A stretch of DNA of 57,799 nucleotides, the filler included, from Porpidia crustulata (taxonomy: Eukaryota): the NCBI GenBank assembly GCA_964255105.1. It is 6 parts of 6 records of this genome, joined end to end, with 100 filler letters (N's around TTAATTAATTAA, not from the genome) between each part and the next. Parts side by side here need not be neighbours in the genome. Positions count along the whole stretch, not along the records: positions 9,659 to 19,216 come from CAXUWE010000923.1; positions 19,317 to 28,866 come from CAXUWE010000924.1; 4 more parts are not named here. The stretch is one strand, 5' to 3'. The number at the start of each line of letters is the position of its first letter. Position 1 is the stretch's first letter. Of the stretch, positions 10,502-22,518 are shown piece after piece. A model generated the notes under the pieces. The model was given only the letters and a program-made list of their open reading frames with translations, was not told the origin of the DNA and did not search any database. The translations under genes were made by a program, and so were the position numbers.

Positions 10502-12921
10502 CTACTCCGAAGGTTCAAATGTTCGCCACGCCAGTGCAAATGACTGAGCATCTTTCTATAATGAAAATTTAAGTCAGCGCAATTTCATCAGAAAGGTATA
10601 ACAAAATCCAAGCACAAGACAGCGGTCAGCATGAAATCGATCCTCGCTCTTGCCAATTAGACTACCCAAGACTTGCGATGCGTTCAAAAACTTTAAAATA
10701 CACGTACCGGCAGCGTGATTTTCCTTGCCAATACCTTAATTTTTACTTCACCAGGGGGCATTGGGGACCATGAGATTTGCTCAACGTTGTTGAAGTCGTC
10801 ATAGCCGTCATCCTCAGTAATGTTGCCATGCTTCTCGGTACCATCGGCTGCCATGACGATAAGATTGAGATTATTCTGGAGGAGAGTACCCGGGCGGTCT
10901 TTCGATTTGATTTCGGTCAGTCAATTGAGATAGCTCTTACGATTTCAGGACAAGATCCGCAGGGTGAAGAGAGATTTAAGACTACGAACCTGTGTAAGCA
11001 AGTGTGATCTTGAATGTAACACCTTTGCTGAGTAATTGTTCGGATCCGTTGTGCGTATCGCTGGATGTCTTCGGAATCTCAATGGTAAACTCATGACTTC
11101 CGTCCTGCTCTAACGCTGGACCAACGATATAACCAGTGCTTGCCATTCTTCGTCCAAATCACAGTCAGCATTACTCTCGAATGAATAACCGAAATCTGGA
11201 TTATTGGCGAGAGTTCTCAAAAATAAATACCTTGTACTAATGACATGCTTCTTTTTCATCATGTCAATTGACTGCTGCAAGTGGACTCGGCCAAAGCCTT
11301 GCGCGGCTGTAGGTATACCAGGCAAACGCACGGCGCCGTTGATGAGTAGTGCCTTGACAAGGGCAGCCGGCGGGTCGTTAACACTCTGCTTCTCAAAAAC
11401 CTCTCGAATCACTGCAACGCACCCCGCAACCAACGGCGTGGCCATACTAGTTCCGGACATAACTGCCCAATTCGGGTCCTGCCATTTGGGATGGCCGGGG
11501 TAGAACTTCTGAGAGGCAGCCACGTCAGCTATGTCATTTTGGTATTTTGATTCCTGGGACCTCGCTGAAAGAATATTGACGCCAGGCGCAACTACATCAG
11601 GCTTGATACGACCCTCCATGGTAGGTCCACGGCTGCTCATATATCCCATCTCGTCGGGACTTGCATTCTTCCAGGTGTCAGTGGCATGTTGTCGTGGGGA
11701 ACCTGTAGCACCGACGGTGATGCAGTTTTTGGCTGCTGCTTCTCCCCCAATTGCTGGTTTACCTCCCGCTCTCTTAGGCTCATTATCATTACCAGCGGAG
11801 AAGCAGATGACAGTATCAGGGTTTCTGCACACGAATTTGTCAATCTCCTCCGCGCCTGAGTGATAAACTCGTTGACCCTTGGTGGACCAAGGGTCACTCC
11901 AAGAATTTGTATGAATGCGCGCCCTGTGTTTCTTGAATGTGGTCTCAAAAAGATTATTTAGATCTGTCGGTGTTTGTATCTCCTTTTCTTTGCCAAAATA
12001 TAAGGATTGTACGACAATGTTGGCCTTTGGAGCAATTCCACCGACCTCACCCATCCTAGTCATCTGAGTGGTACCAACAATAGAGCCGCAGACATGAGTT
12101 CCGTGGCTTGTAGGATCATCTGCTTGCGGTTTTGTGTCTTTCCTCTGACAAGGGACCAAGTCGATCACACGATCCTTAAAAGCTGGATGACAGTTGTCTA
12201 TTGATCCTTTGTCAAAGCCAGTGTCAGCCACAGAGACGATCTGACCTTCTCCATGGTAGATGGTATCGTTCAAACGGATGTCCGCGCACATAATCTCGCG
12301 AGCATAATTGTTGTTTGTTACTTTAGAAAGGACTTCTTCAATAGCTCTAACTCTATCGTCCGAGGCCACATCCTTGAGGTATTTCCTATCCACACGGATC
12401 CGAATCTTATTAGGGGTAACATCCGCATCGCTGCTGTCAATATGAGCTTTTGCTATGAGAACCGTCGCAATTTCAGCAGCGCTTTGTGGCAAATCCCGGT
12501 GAAGCAGAACATCCACGGTACAAGTTTCACTGAAAATAGTGGCTCCAGGCGCGCTGTTGAATGGAAGGAGTGCAGACGCTTCGTCTTGTCGAATGACCAG
12601 GTCATTTGTTGCCTTCAAATCCTGGGTGATCTTGAATTTGTTGCGGTAGACATCAACTTGGCTGATGTATGATTTGGCACGTACAGGCTCAAGGTCTGAA
12701 GGCTCGTAGCGGCAGAGGTACGTGTCGGTAGCGACGTGTTCCTGAATGACAACCCCCAATTCCTGCAGCTCCGCCTCTGAATCATGGCTGAGAGGCTCGG
12801 GCGCCCGAATTGTAATATAATTCGTCCTCTCCGCATCTTCTGCATACGTCTTCTGAGGATTAACAGTTCTCCCATTTATCGTAATTGGCACAGCATCATC
12901 TGGAGGGCTCGTGGTAGACAT
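10502..12921 (-). CDS. Subtilisin-like S8 serine protease, KP-43 (oxidatively stable protease)-like; exons 12921-11231, 11147-10990, 10898-10708, 10555-10502 (~697 aa)
   Basis: Catalytic triad motifs VSVADTG, HGTHVCG and SGTSMATP, with FSAGND, AAAKNCITVGA and GRIKPDVVAPG. Spliced exons rebuild a KP-43-type C-terminal beta domain (FKITLAYTDRPGTLLQNNLNLIV...HGN...NNVEQI...QSFALAW). No hydrophobic signal peptide after the ATG at 12921. Confidence 0.9.
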
Positions 12922-13328
12922 GAAGAGAGGATGGTGAGCGTGAAAATTTGGTACTGCACAGAGTATAGATTGAATTCGACTTATCGTCAACGACCGAGAA
13001 TATTCCTAAGTTACGAATGGCACTCAATTATGATTCATGCGTTTTAATTTATGTCGTCGCGAGGAGGACAGATTTTCAAAACAGGTCATATACATTCCTC
13101 GGGCCTGATTGCAGAATTGGACACAGATCGAAGAGTCCACGGGATTCAACATGGTGTGACTACAATTGAAATCGGGTTTCATGAGATTGCTCCGAAGACC
13201 CAGAATCCTATGTTTTATTGCATCTGTGCGTTAGTGAAGAAACGTGTGCATTGCCGATCACTTCGTGGAACACTAATTGTTGTCATGGAGTTCTCGGACA
13301 GGATTCAAGTTGCAAGCTTAATGGACTT

Positions 13329-13440
13329 CGCTAAGAATTTCGTTCCACTTACAGAATCCCAAAGCCAAGTCGGCCAGGTACTGCCGCTAAGAATTTCGTT
13401 CCACTTACAAAATCCCAAAGCCAAGTCGGCCAGGTACTGC
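13329..13440. repeat. Tandem duplication, 2 x 56 bp with 1 mismatch
   Basis: cgctaagaatttcgttccacttac(ag/aa)aatcccaaagccaagtcggccaggtactgc occurs at 13329-13384 and 13385-13440. Confidence 0.95.
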
Positions 13441-15167
13441 AAAGTGTTGCACCTGACCATAGACTCTCATGGTATTTGGTCTACGGTGATGTGTGACCCC
13501 ATATCTGTACTGAGTTGTCAATAAATCAACGCAGAGCTGTATAGTAAGGTCATGCAGGAACGGAGTAATATCTTTCCCCGATTCAGATTCGCAGAGTATA
13601 GTGGCAGGAGAGCCTATCAATACCAGCGGACTGCAGTGTCAGCTTCTCCAAGCCGTGTAGCAGTCCAGCACGTGGATTGTAGCTGTGAAGTCTACCCACG
13701 GTAAAAGCCGGGACGAGCTGATCGAATGCAATCTGAGACAAGGTATCGACTGCCTTTGCCCTAGTGGCGTTATATGTTCTGAGCTGAACTCCCCGTTTGC
13801 CAGCGGGTCGAGCATTCAAAAATCACATAGTGGATATGCTGTTGTTGATCTTTGGCCAAGATTGTCTGATTCCGCAGACAAAACAAACTACCGTAGTTAT
13901 GCAATCCAGATATAAAGTCGTCACAGCAAGCAGACAATGACCCAGGATGGATTCTCAGCCAGCCACAATCGCAGCCGAATGCCTCTGTTCGGACCGTTCC
14001 ATGCGGAAGTGTGCACAGCGGCTCATTCCAGCCGTTGCTCTTCTCTGGATCTAGTCAAATTCATAGAAGCTGCTACGTCTTCGTGCAGACTCTAGATCAA
14101 TGGTATATCTGAAGGACTTCGTAGTGGATGAATAGGTCGAGGCGGTCAAAATTAGCTCCAAATCTAGCGAGCCTCTAAATCTAGCTCGGTATAGCGCGCT
14201 TTACGTTTCTGGCACGGCGAATCTCTGAACTTCTATCACACAATGGCATCTTGACTGAAGGACAATTCAGAGGCCTACAAGACTTCGATGTCGAGGACCC
14301 ACATATTCTAGCATTGGAGCTGCAGCTATCAATGCTGATAGTAGCCTCTCTATGGTGTAGGCTGCACCTTCAAAACGCCTCAACGCCCACAACGCAGTAA
14401 ACGCAGAGAAAGCAACCATAATTCTCCTCACCGGGCCGTCCCCAGGCGCAGAGCCGTAAGCTATTGATCCCCCTAGTTTTGCAACCACACCATGAGGAGA
14501 CCTACAAGCTTGTTGTGACATCTCTTATCGACCGACCTTAGTTCACCCACTATCAGCTTCTTCTAATGGAAGTCCTCACGCTCAAGCGGCTGGCTACTCC
14601 GCATCTCAGTGGAGCCAATACTTTGTTGCAGAATCTTGCATATTCTATCCAACGCCCCATTTGATCTTGCCAGCTGAAACAACATGCTGCAACACCAGCT
14701 GCATGCATGATGTTTGGATGTCCATCTTTCTGTCTAATGCTAGAAGATCTTTGACACGTTCTCACGCAACTGCTTCTCATGTGCTGAAACTACTGCGGCG
14801 GTACTTCCTTCGCTGGTGAGCGTCCTTTCTCCATAATCCTTGTCCACAGGTATGTGTTTTCGTGTCAGACCATCAGCAGCAGCCCATACTAAGATCGACA
14901 AACTCCAGCTCTTGAAGGTCAATGTGGCTTGGATTTGGCAATTTGTCTTTCCCCAATTCTGACTCTAGATCACCATTCCTTGTACGAAATTCGCGAAGCT
15001 GCATAATCTATCTTGTTGCTTCTAGATGATCTATGATATTGAGAATTTTGATGCATGATGTCCGAATCCAGACATGCGTGTTCATCACGATCTCCGTATG
15101 TATCCTTTTCATCGAGCGAGTCTAGGTACCTGTGATCGAGATTGAAAGCCTAAACTATGAAAGGTAG

Positions 15168-15175
15168 TATATAAA
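15168..15175 (+). promoter_or_regulatory. Candidate TATA box (TATATAAA)
   Basis: Consensus TATA ~150 bp upstream of the ATG at 15317, followed by a CA/CT-rich leader. Confidence 0.5.
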
Positions 15176-15316
15176 GCGCCATTGGATTCTCGATGTTTCC
15201 TATCAATCACCATCACCTACTTTCACACTTCACAGTATTACAGAGAATTACTCTGATCGTTCACATCCTCGACATACACCTACAACCATCCAGTATCCTC
15301 AAAAAACCTCCGAGCT

Positions 15317-15851
15317 ATGTCTGCCCAAACCCCCCAACCACAATTGGTTCCTAGCGGCGCCCTCTTCGAAATTACTGAGTCCGACGAGGGCCAATTCAAA
15401 GTCAAAGAACTCCCCCAATCTTCCACTCTCCCCAAAGTCGTCAACGACAGCGACCGCTTAGAAATCGCCTTCGACGTCGCATTTCTCAAGGTACCTCCCC
15501 ACCTATGCCCCCATCCGTCACATCACCCAACACCCTTTTCCCTCGCGTTTACCAGCTCCCCTCACTCGACCCTCAACCCCATCTCACCCATCGCCCAATT
15601 TACAGCTCGTCGGCTACATAATCCCGAGCACCTACGAAATCGGCGTCGAGACCTATTTTCTAGGCGTCAAGGCTGGCAACACCTACTACGGTAGCCTGAC
15701 ACGCGGCGTGGGTATCGAGGTCGAAGCTGGCTTCTACACGGGCAACATCCGCATCGATAAGGAGGGCGACGAAGTGGTGTTGAAGGTGGACATCAAGGGG
15801 CGGTTGTTTATGCCGAACATCAGTGAGAGGGTCAAGTTGTTCAACGTATAA
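15317..15851 (+). CDS. Small beta-strand-rich hypothetical protein (139 aa); exons 15317-15490, 15606-15851
   Basis: The GTACCT...TTTACAG intron (15491-15605) joins MSAQTPQPQL...LEIAFDVAFLK to LVGYIIPSTYEIGVETYFLGVKAGNTYYGSLTRGVGIEVEAGFYTGNIRIDKEGDEVVLKVDIKGRLFMPNISERVKLFNV*. Alternating hydrophobic/polar pattern and an upstream TATA box. Confidence 0.8.
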
Positions 15852-16944
15852 ACTGCAGGATTTGTTCTTTAGGTAGATCAATAGCAGCTTCTTTTGCCTA
15901 GGGGGGTTGTGTTTGAGTGTGGATTTAGATGACTAAATTGATTGTTGTTAGATCATCGTATAACTCAGCTTGGTATCCGTCGACTCCACAACAAAGGTCG
16001 TACACTAAATCCTACAGTCACATCCTAACCGCCAACGACATCGCTGCCACTGAACATTTCTACACTTCACAGCGTCAACAATTCGCCTACGGCATAGACC
16101 CCATCAACCATCCCCTCAATCAATTTGGACCCAATTCTAGCCTTCTTGCTTTATAGCTCTACCAACCAACAGTTGCGAAGCAGTGGAACAACCTGTGCTA
16201 CTTTTTGAAACGGGCATCTCGTAATCACTCCATAGCAAACGTCCACGAGTGATGTGTTCTTTTTCAAACCATCCTTAAATACATAATTGAGACCCAATAG
16301 TACCGGATAAACACGCAGCCACCTGTGCGAAAACGCCGGACTTATGGTATAAAGTATTGAACTGAAATGGGCGAAATGTACCATTGTTTCATTCTTGATG
16401 ATATCGCAATCATCAGAGGCTAGAGAGGCATGTAAGCAGTGGATGTTCAAGCCCTTACTTCTACTCATCGGAGAAACATTGAAATTTGATTCACGGGACG
16501 CAGCATAACCCCGCTCGTGTAAGGGAATGTAGATAGTTTGGCTGATTAGGTTTAGATCGATGACAAATTGTACGCTAGATCAGCCCTACTTGATTCATAG
16601 AGCGAAAATGTGGAATGGGATTAACACGGCGGTTTCTCCAGTATCACCACTGTGTTAATCTCAACCTCCGGTTTTTGACATTCAATTCAAGCGGCTATGA
16701 GTCTTCTTCCGGCAAGGCTTTGCGGCGGCAGAAATGGGTATTCTGCCAATCGGACGACTGGATCATACAAAGGAAGCGCGGGGTCCTGCGAGATATACTC
16801 TAGCATCCATCATCATCAACCCCCACACATCTCTCATATGCAACCGCTGTACATAATAAACTACACATCACTCTCAGCGCATAAGCACCACTCCAACATC
16901 CACCCTTGAACAGCCTACATTACATTCCATTCTCCCAAAAAAAA

Positions 16945-17793
16945 ATGGCCCCTCAGTCCGGCAAATCCTTCCGCTCCCTCCTCGGCGTCCCTCCCTCCAA
17001 GCCTACCCCCTCCGACAGTGTCTTCATCATCGTCGACGCCCAAAACGAATACGACCACGGCGCCCTTGCCATCTCCGACGTCGCCTCTTCACGCAAGGTC
17101 ATTCACAATGTGCTTGAGAAGTACAGGGCGGCTAAGGGAGACGTTGTGCATGTATTGCATGACACTTCAAAGGAGGCACCCTTGTTCACGATGGGGACGG
17201 AATTGGCGGACGAGTTTGAGGAATTGAAGCCGGGGATTGGGGAGAAGGTGCTTGACTTCGGGTACTGAGGAGCAGTTGGAGGGTAGTCGTTGATGGGCTG
17301 TTGCAGGTTATACACAAGGGCAAACCTTGTTCCTTTTCTGATACCGACCTACATTCCCACCTCGAGAAACTGGGCAAGAACAAGATCGTTATTGGCGGTG
17401 GGTATTGCTCTTTCTCTGTACCTTGGCTCGGCTGACGGTTTGCAGGCTATATGGTACTACCGCCATCCTCCGCTGTCACCGAGTGGAATTAATCTTCTCG
17501 AAGGCCCACGTCTGCGTTTCATCCACCACCCGCATCGGTGCTGAGCTAGGCTACGACATCTCCATTCTGCGCGACGGCGTTGGCGATAGAGATATTCCAG
17601 GGGCGAAGGCCAGTGAATTGGTTGATGTGAGTTTCCCTACGTCGTTCTCTGATATCCTGACCAAGAATCTTTGGTGTTGTTGTGGGGCACCTTCATACAG
17701 TTCGAGCGCTTACTAGTGAATTCCTGGGAACAGATAACCCTAGCGGAACTTGGTGATGTTGCGGCGACGATTATCAAAAGCGAAGACTTATAA
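16945..17793 (+). CDS. Isochorismatase-family cysteine hydrolase (~194 aa); exons 16945-17247, 17307-17397, 17446-17453, 17504-17626, 17734-17793
   Basis: IIVDAQNEY (catalytic Asp), [10 protein letters not shown] (Lys) and [12 protein letters not shown] (Cys) are rebuilt across four GT-AG introns. The 585-nt total is in frame. Confidence 0.92.
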
Positions 17794-19051
17794 GTCGAAA
17801 GTCCTTGGGCGAAAGAGGTATATAGCCACAAACATGATGTACATTGGGTTATAGTTTATAGAACAAAGACTGGAAAGATACTGATTACAGCCTCCAACTC
17901 CCTTTTCCGATTAAACCGGGTGACCGCATATCCCCTCTCGTTTCATCTTCTCAAACTCTCCCCATTCTCCTGCCATGCTCCTTCGACACAACAACAAGCC
18001 CTCTACAAGCAATCACAAACACCTCTAAATACTCTCGTCATTGCTCATGCCATCGTCGTCGTTACTGAAAGATCAACTCCCAACTCAGTGATACAAAAAA
18101 CCCAAAAACAGAAAACCGCAGAAACAAACCCCATACCCGTCGATTGGGAGATACCGCTTCAACCGCCAAAGCCCGCCCATCACTTTGGCTTGTCTCAGTA
18201 GACACATCAGTCATGAAGAACGGGGTAGCAGCATTTCGATATTGACAAAAGATGAAGAACGCCCGCTCATTCCAGGACCGCATATATCAATTCAACGGCC
18301 AATGCTGTTCTATTTGGACCTGAAGACCCTTTTCGTCTCCTGACGGATTGCATCTAGCCCTTCGATCTTTGTGAAATTATGGAATTTGGAGCAGCCACTT
18401 TACGACTACTGATATTGTCATTTTTCTTTTATATCCTTTACAATTAAGTCCTAAAAAATTTCTTGTCGTAATTTATGGATACTACGCCTAAATTTTTATC
18501 ATTGCTTATACAGCCACAATTATCTCCCGCCTCAGGTCACTTCTGACCATTTTCTTCGCCAAGATTCCAATTCGGATAGAGCTGTCTATTGTTTCGATAA
18601 AGTTTCTCTTAAGCCCCAGCCCCATAGATTGAGATAAAGTCTTATAGGCATACAACCCTCCTTTTCTCGAACCCCATGAACACACTCGTCCATCTTTGTT
18701 TTCCGTATCATTCGGATTCGCAGTAGATTCGATAGGGGATGAAATGAAAGAGTAAAGGATAAGTTTCTGGGGACTCTCGGAGGGTCGTAAGTATTGGATA
18801 CTGAGGGTAGGAGGGATAAGCATAGGGCGTGAATGTGATGCATAAACTGAGGAAAGGAGTTATAGATAAAGGAGATGAAACATGGGAGAGATGTACGCGC
18901 GAGGCCCTTAGAGAATGGCATCAAGGATCGAAAGGAACTGAAGATGATGGCAAGAAGCAAGCGAAAGAATGATGAAGGAGCTCAACAAACAAGTCGTCGA
19001 CCCCTAAATAGATAGTCACTGTAAGAATTCCAAGTAACAATATACAGACTC

Positions 19052-19140
19052 TTACGCTTCCATGATCCATCTTGACTCCAAAACCCAATCGCCAGACTTG
19101 CCAAAAACTTCACGAGACCCCTCTACCACCCGGAAATAGA
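19052..19140 (-). CDS. Probable terminal exon of a gene truncated by the contig end (YFRVVEGSREVFGKSGDWVLESRWIMEA*)
   Basis: On the minus strand it is preceded by a GTAAGA...GCTAAT...TACAG intron-like sequence. Product not identifiable. Confidence 0.35.
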
Positions 19141-19216
19141 CTGTACCACAGAGACGTAATTAGCTATAGGTGGAGAACTCATTGCCATCAGAAGAGTCTC
19201 CCCTCTTACCCAACCT

Positions 19217-19316
19217 NNNNNNNNNNNNNNNNNNNNNNNNNNNNNNNNNNNNNNNNNNNNTTAATTAATTAANNNNNNNNNNNNNNNNNNNNNNNNNNNN
19301 NNNNNNNNNNNNNNNN
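19217..19316. other. Artificial contig spacer
   Basis: N44-TTAATTAATTAA-N44. Confidence 0.99.
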
Positions 19317-19968
19317 GGTTCTGGGGGTTGGGGGTTAGAGTTTGTGCTGGTTTTTCGAGAGGATCGATGGAATGGGATTCTTGAAAAACGTACATGAGCT
19401 CTGTGTGCTGTGAATCGAGCGTGTGCGGCTGCACATCCGACGCTTTCTGTACCCATTTCTTAATTCCTGGGGCCTACTCATCTTATATTCAACAGGTGTG
19501 GACCTACTTGCGTGACATGATCAAAGGCAAAGGAGCTGGAGCTTTCCACATCGTAATATCGCCCATCACCTAGCGAGTTGTACGTGCTGATCAGAACCTA
19601 ACATGACTCGCCCCGTCAGACCTTCCACTCTTTTTTACATCCAAGCTTGCGTCCAAGGCGGGTCCTCACATCCTTGCCGCTTCCGGGCAGCTTGACCACG
19701 GTCAATTGCTCCTCGTTGTATTTCTCGAAGGCTGGGCGCGCGGATTCGAGGGCCTTGGGGTCGCTGACGGTGAGCTTTTTGATGTCTGGACGGATGAGCT
19801 CTTGGGATCTTTACGGTGGCGGTCGGTGGTTGGGGTACCTGCAATGACATCGGCGAGCTATTGCACGGTCAAGGTGGATTCTTCCAGACTAGGATGATAG
19901 TAGTGTACCTCTCCAGGAGGGGCGCCTTCTATGAATGCGGAAACCGCTGCCGTGTTCTTTGAGGTCAT
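19317..19968 (-). CDS. CAP1: F-actin capping protein subunit alpha, 5' part only (truncated at contig end)
   Basis: The spliced translation is MTSKNTAAVSAFIEGAPPGE|LADVIA|DIKKLTVSDPKALESARPAFEKYNEEQLTVVKLPGSGKD|VLISTYNSLGDGRYYDVESSSSFAFDHVTQ|KASDVQPH. It matches the CapZ-alpha N-terminus (APPGE, KYNEEQ) across five short GT-AG introns. Confidence 0.9.
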
Positions 19969-20318
19969 CGTCAATCTGGAAGATGATGATTATCCCCTTT
20001 ATCACTTCTAGTGGTCTGTGGAGCTTGGAATTGCTATCATATATCTATCAAACTTGGCGGGAACAAATCGTCCAATGGCTGCAGTCGGTTAGGGCTTAGG
20101 ATGTGATAGGAGCGCGGCTCTTAAGTCCAATACAATTTGAGAAATCATAGTTCACAGGGACACAGCATGTCGATGACTGATACAAAGAGAGCCCTGATCA
20201 GCAGTAAAAGTTTACTCCCTGAGCTATACTGTGTAAATTATAGACAGACCGAATGGCAGGGTATCATTGAGCCAAAGCCAGTGCAGTTCTCCTGAAACGC
20301 CTATACCCTGCCACAAAC

Positions 20319-22518
20319 TCACTCGATGCTCATGTTCATCAGCCCATCATTCGTATCACACATCCCTTGAAACCCAACCCTTTTCGAACCAGACCCTCCC
20401 GTCCCACTTCCACTGCTGACGCTGCCCCCACTACTTACTCTCTCCCCTATAACCTGTACACTAGGCGTCTCTCGGCCGTTCTTTGGCTGCGTGCCCCACC
20501 ACCCAGTTTCTCTTTGGAGGGGTGATTGGGGCATAATGGGGCTGTTCTGGATACTCATACCAGGGGAGACAGCTCGACGCTTAAAATAATTGGGGTCGAA
20601 GTCGTCGTCACGCATGCGTTTGTTGCCTTTACGCGATATCTCAAAGTTGGTGACGAGGGGTTGGGGAGCAGGGTGAGATGCCAGTGCTTCCTTGTCCGGC
20701 GCCCGACTATTGTGGGGGGTATTTGATTGGACGGATGAAAGAGGAGTGTCCATGTTGACATCTTCACTAATGCCGGAAGAACTACCTCGAGGGAAAAGTT
20801 GAGGAGGTGGAGTTCGCATTCGGTCGTCGAAAGTGTTCCAAAATCCTAATCCACCAGAGTTTCGAATTGCTTGATGCGTGAATGTACTCGAGGATCGTCG
20901 CCTAGCAAGTAGGTCTGACGCCATCGTAATATTCTCCGGAATGTCTTCGAGGCCGTCAGATTGAGTTACTACTAGCGGTAGTAGGCTCGGCGACGAGGCC
21001 GTCGTCGTGGGCTGCGAAGGCGCTAGATTGATGTCTTCGTCGGCGTCACTTTCCCGAACCTGCCGGATGACCTCAGCTTCGCGTCTCAGTTCCGTATCGA
21101 CAGGCGCCCCCTCTTCAAGCAGAGCGGCTCGTATGCGGGAAAAGTTCTTGGTTTTCGGCTTTAGATCTTCATTAGCACGACCGAGATGTGAATGGTTGAT
21201 TGAATAAGGTACTTACCAACATATTACCCCTTCTAGTGACTGCTCTGCGAATAACATTCCTTCGTTCGTCCATGCTAGGTGTAACTGGCGTTGTGTTACT
21301 CAAAGGATCGTTCGGGCTCCTACCAGTATTTCCTCTTTCATCGCTGTCTTCACAATCAGATAGTCGTAAGTCGTCTGTACCTAGGCTAAGGCTCTCCCGC
21401 CGTGAATCTAGGTCTTTCTTAGAAGGTTCCTTTGTGAAGTATCCGCTGCCAAGGCTACTTTCAATGCTTTTCAGCATCGGTGGTGAAGCAGGACCTAGGC
21501 TCTGGCTGCTAGAGTTACTGGAGCTCTTCCTAATGCGTCCAGATTTTAATCTCGCTCTTTGGTAACTCATCAACTTGGAGACCGTGGTTGGTGGGCCAAT
21601 GCTGTCACCTCCAGGGCTTGAGAATATTAGAGGGCCAAAATTCATCGATCCATTTTCGCCTCTGTACATATGGGGCGTCATGTGAATGGTGTCCTCCTCT
21701 TCCCCATGATCCATTATGCCGTCACTATCTGTTGATGAGCTTCCGCCTTCGTATTCCATCATGCTAGCACTGCCTACAGAGCTCGATATAGCGGGCTTAT
21801 CTTGGTGTACCAAAGTTGACCAGAGGGAATTGGTTACATGGCCAGGAGAGTCGGGCATATGGGATGTATTAAGAGTGTTGTTGAAAAGGCCTTTTCGAGG
21901 TGGTATCATCATCCCGCGCCCGCCCATTGTTGGTGAAGAATCGGGGGAGGATTGCTCGGCCAATGTCGAGTGATGCAAGTTTGTGCAAGCTCTCGAAAAG
22001 TCGAGGCCTCTTGACCTACGGGGAAGAACAGACGCTGCGGATGCATACGAATTTGGGGAATCGAGCTTCGGCGATGACGGATCGCGTTTGTTTGTATCAG
22101 CGGTACTGGCGGTACCAGTATCTCTTGGCGGCATTTGCAAGCTAAGACCGCGGGGAGGAAAATTCGGCCTCTTGGGAGTAACTGGACTGGGGGCCAAGTG
22201 GATGTCATCCTTTGACGTTCTCATGGGCTCGACAAAAAGCGGCGAAGGAGATAGGGTGGATAGTGATTCATGCGATGACCAGGGTCGTGGTCGGGAGGGA
22301 GATCTGGGAGTATCCTCCTCTGGGGTTCGAAGTTCATGGTCGTGGTTTCCAGTGTCGATGATTTCTGGTTGACGTTCCTTCCCAAGCTGGTAGGTCAATT
22401 GACTCAGCACCGCTTGCGGCTTGTCTCCCTCCTTGGTTCCTATCATGAGCGAAGGTATTGCACTAAGTCTTGCTGGAGATTTTTGACATGTCGACAGTTT
22501 TCCAATGGGGATAATCAT
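20319..22518 (-). CDS. Hypothetical Ser/Pro-rich fungal protein; intron 21159-21216; start codon uncertain
   Basis: Two long ORFs (21172-22518, 20319-20924) are joined by a GTAAGT...GCTAAT...AAG intron, giving RRGNML|PKTKNFSRIRAALLEEGAPVDTELRREAEVIRQVRE. Other structured-looking islands are RRSRGLDFSRACTNLHHSTLAE and FKRRAVSPG. Confidence 0.8.

Noticed and set aside
15317..15851. Gasdermin next to the S8 protease
   Set aside because: At 139 aa it is far shorter than fungal gasdermins and shows no recognisable similarity; kept only as an unknown partner candidate.
20086..20100. GGTTAGGGCTTAGG upstream of CAP1 as a fourth telomeric-core element
   Set aside because: No inverted arms or linker are present; at most an isolated promoter motif.
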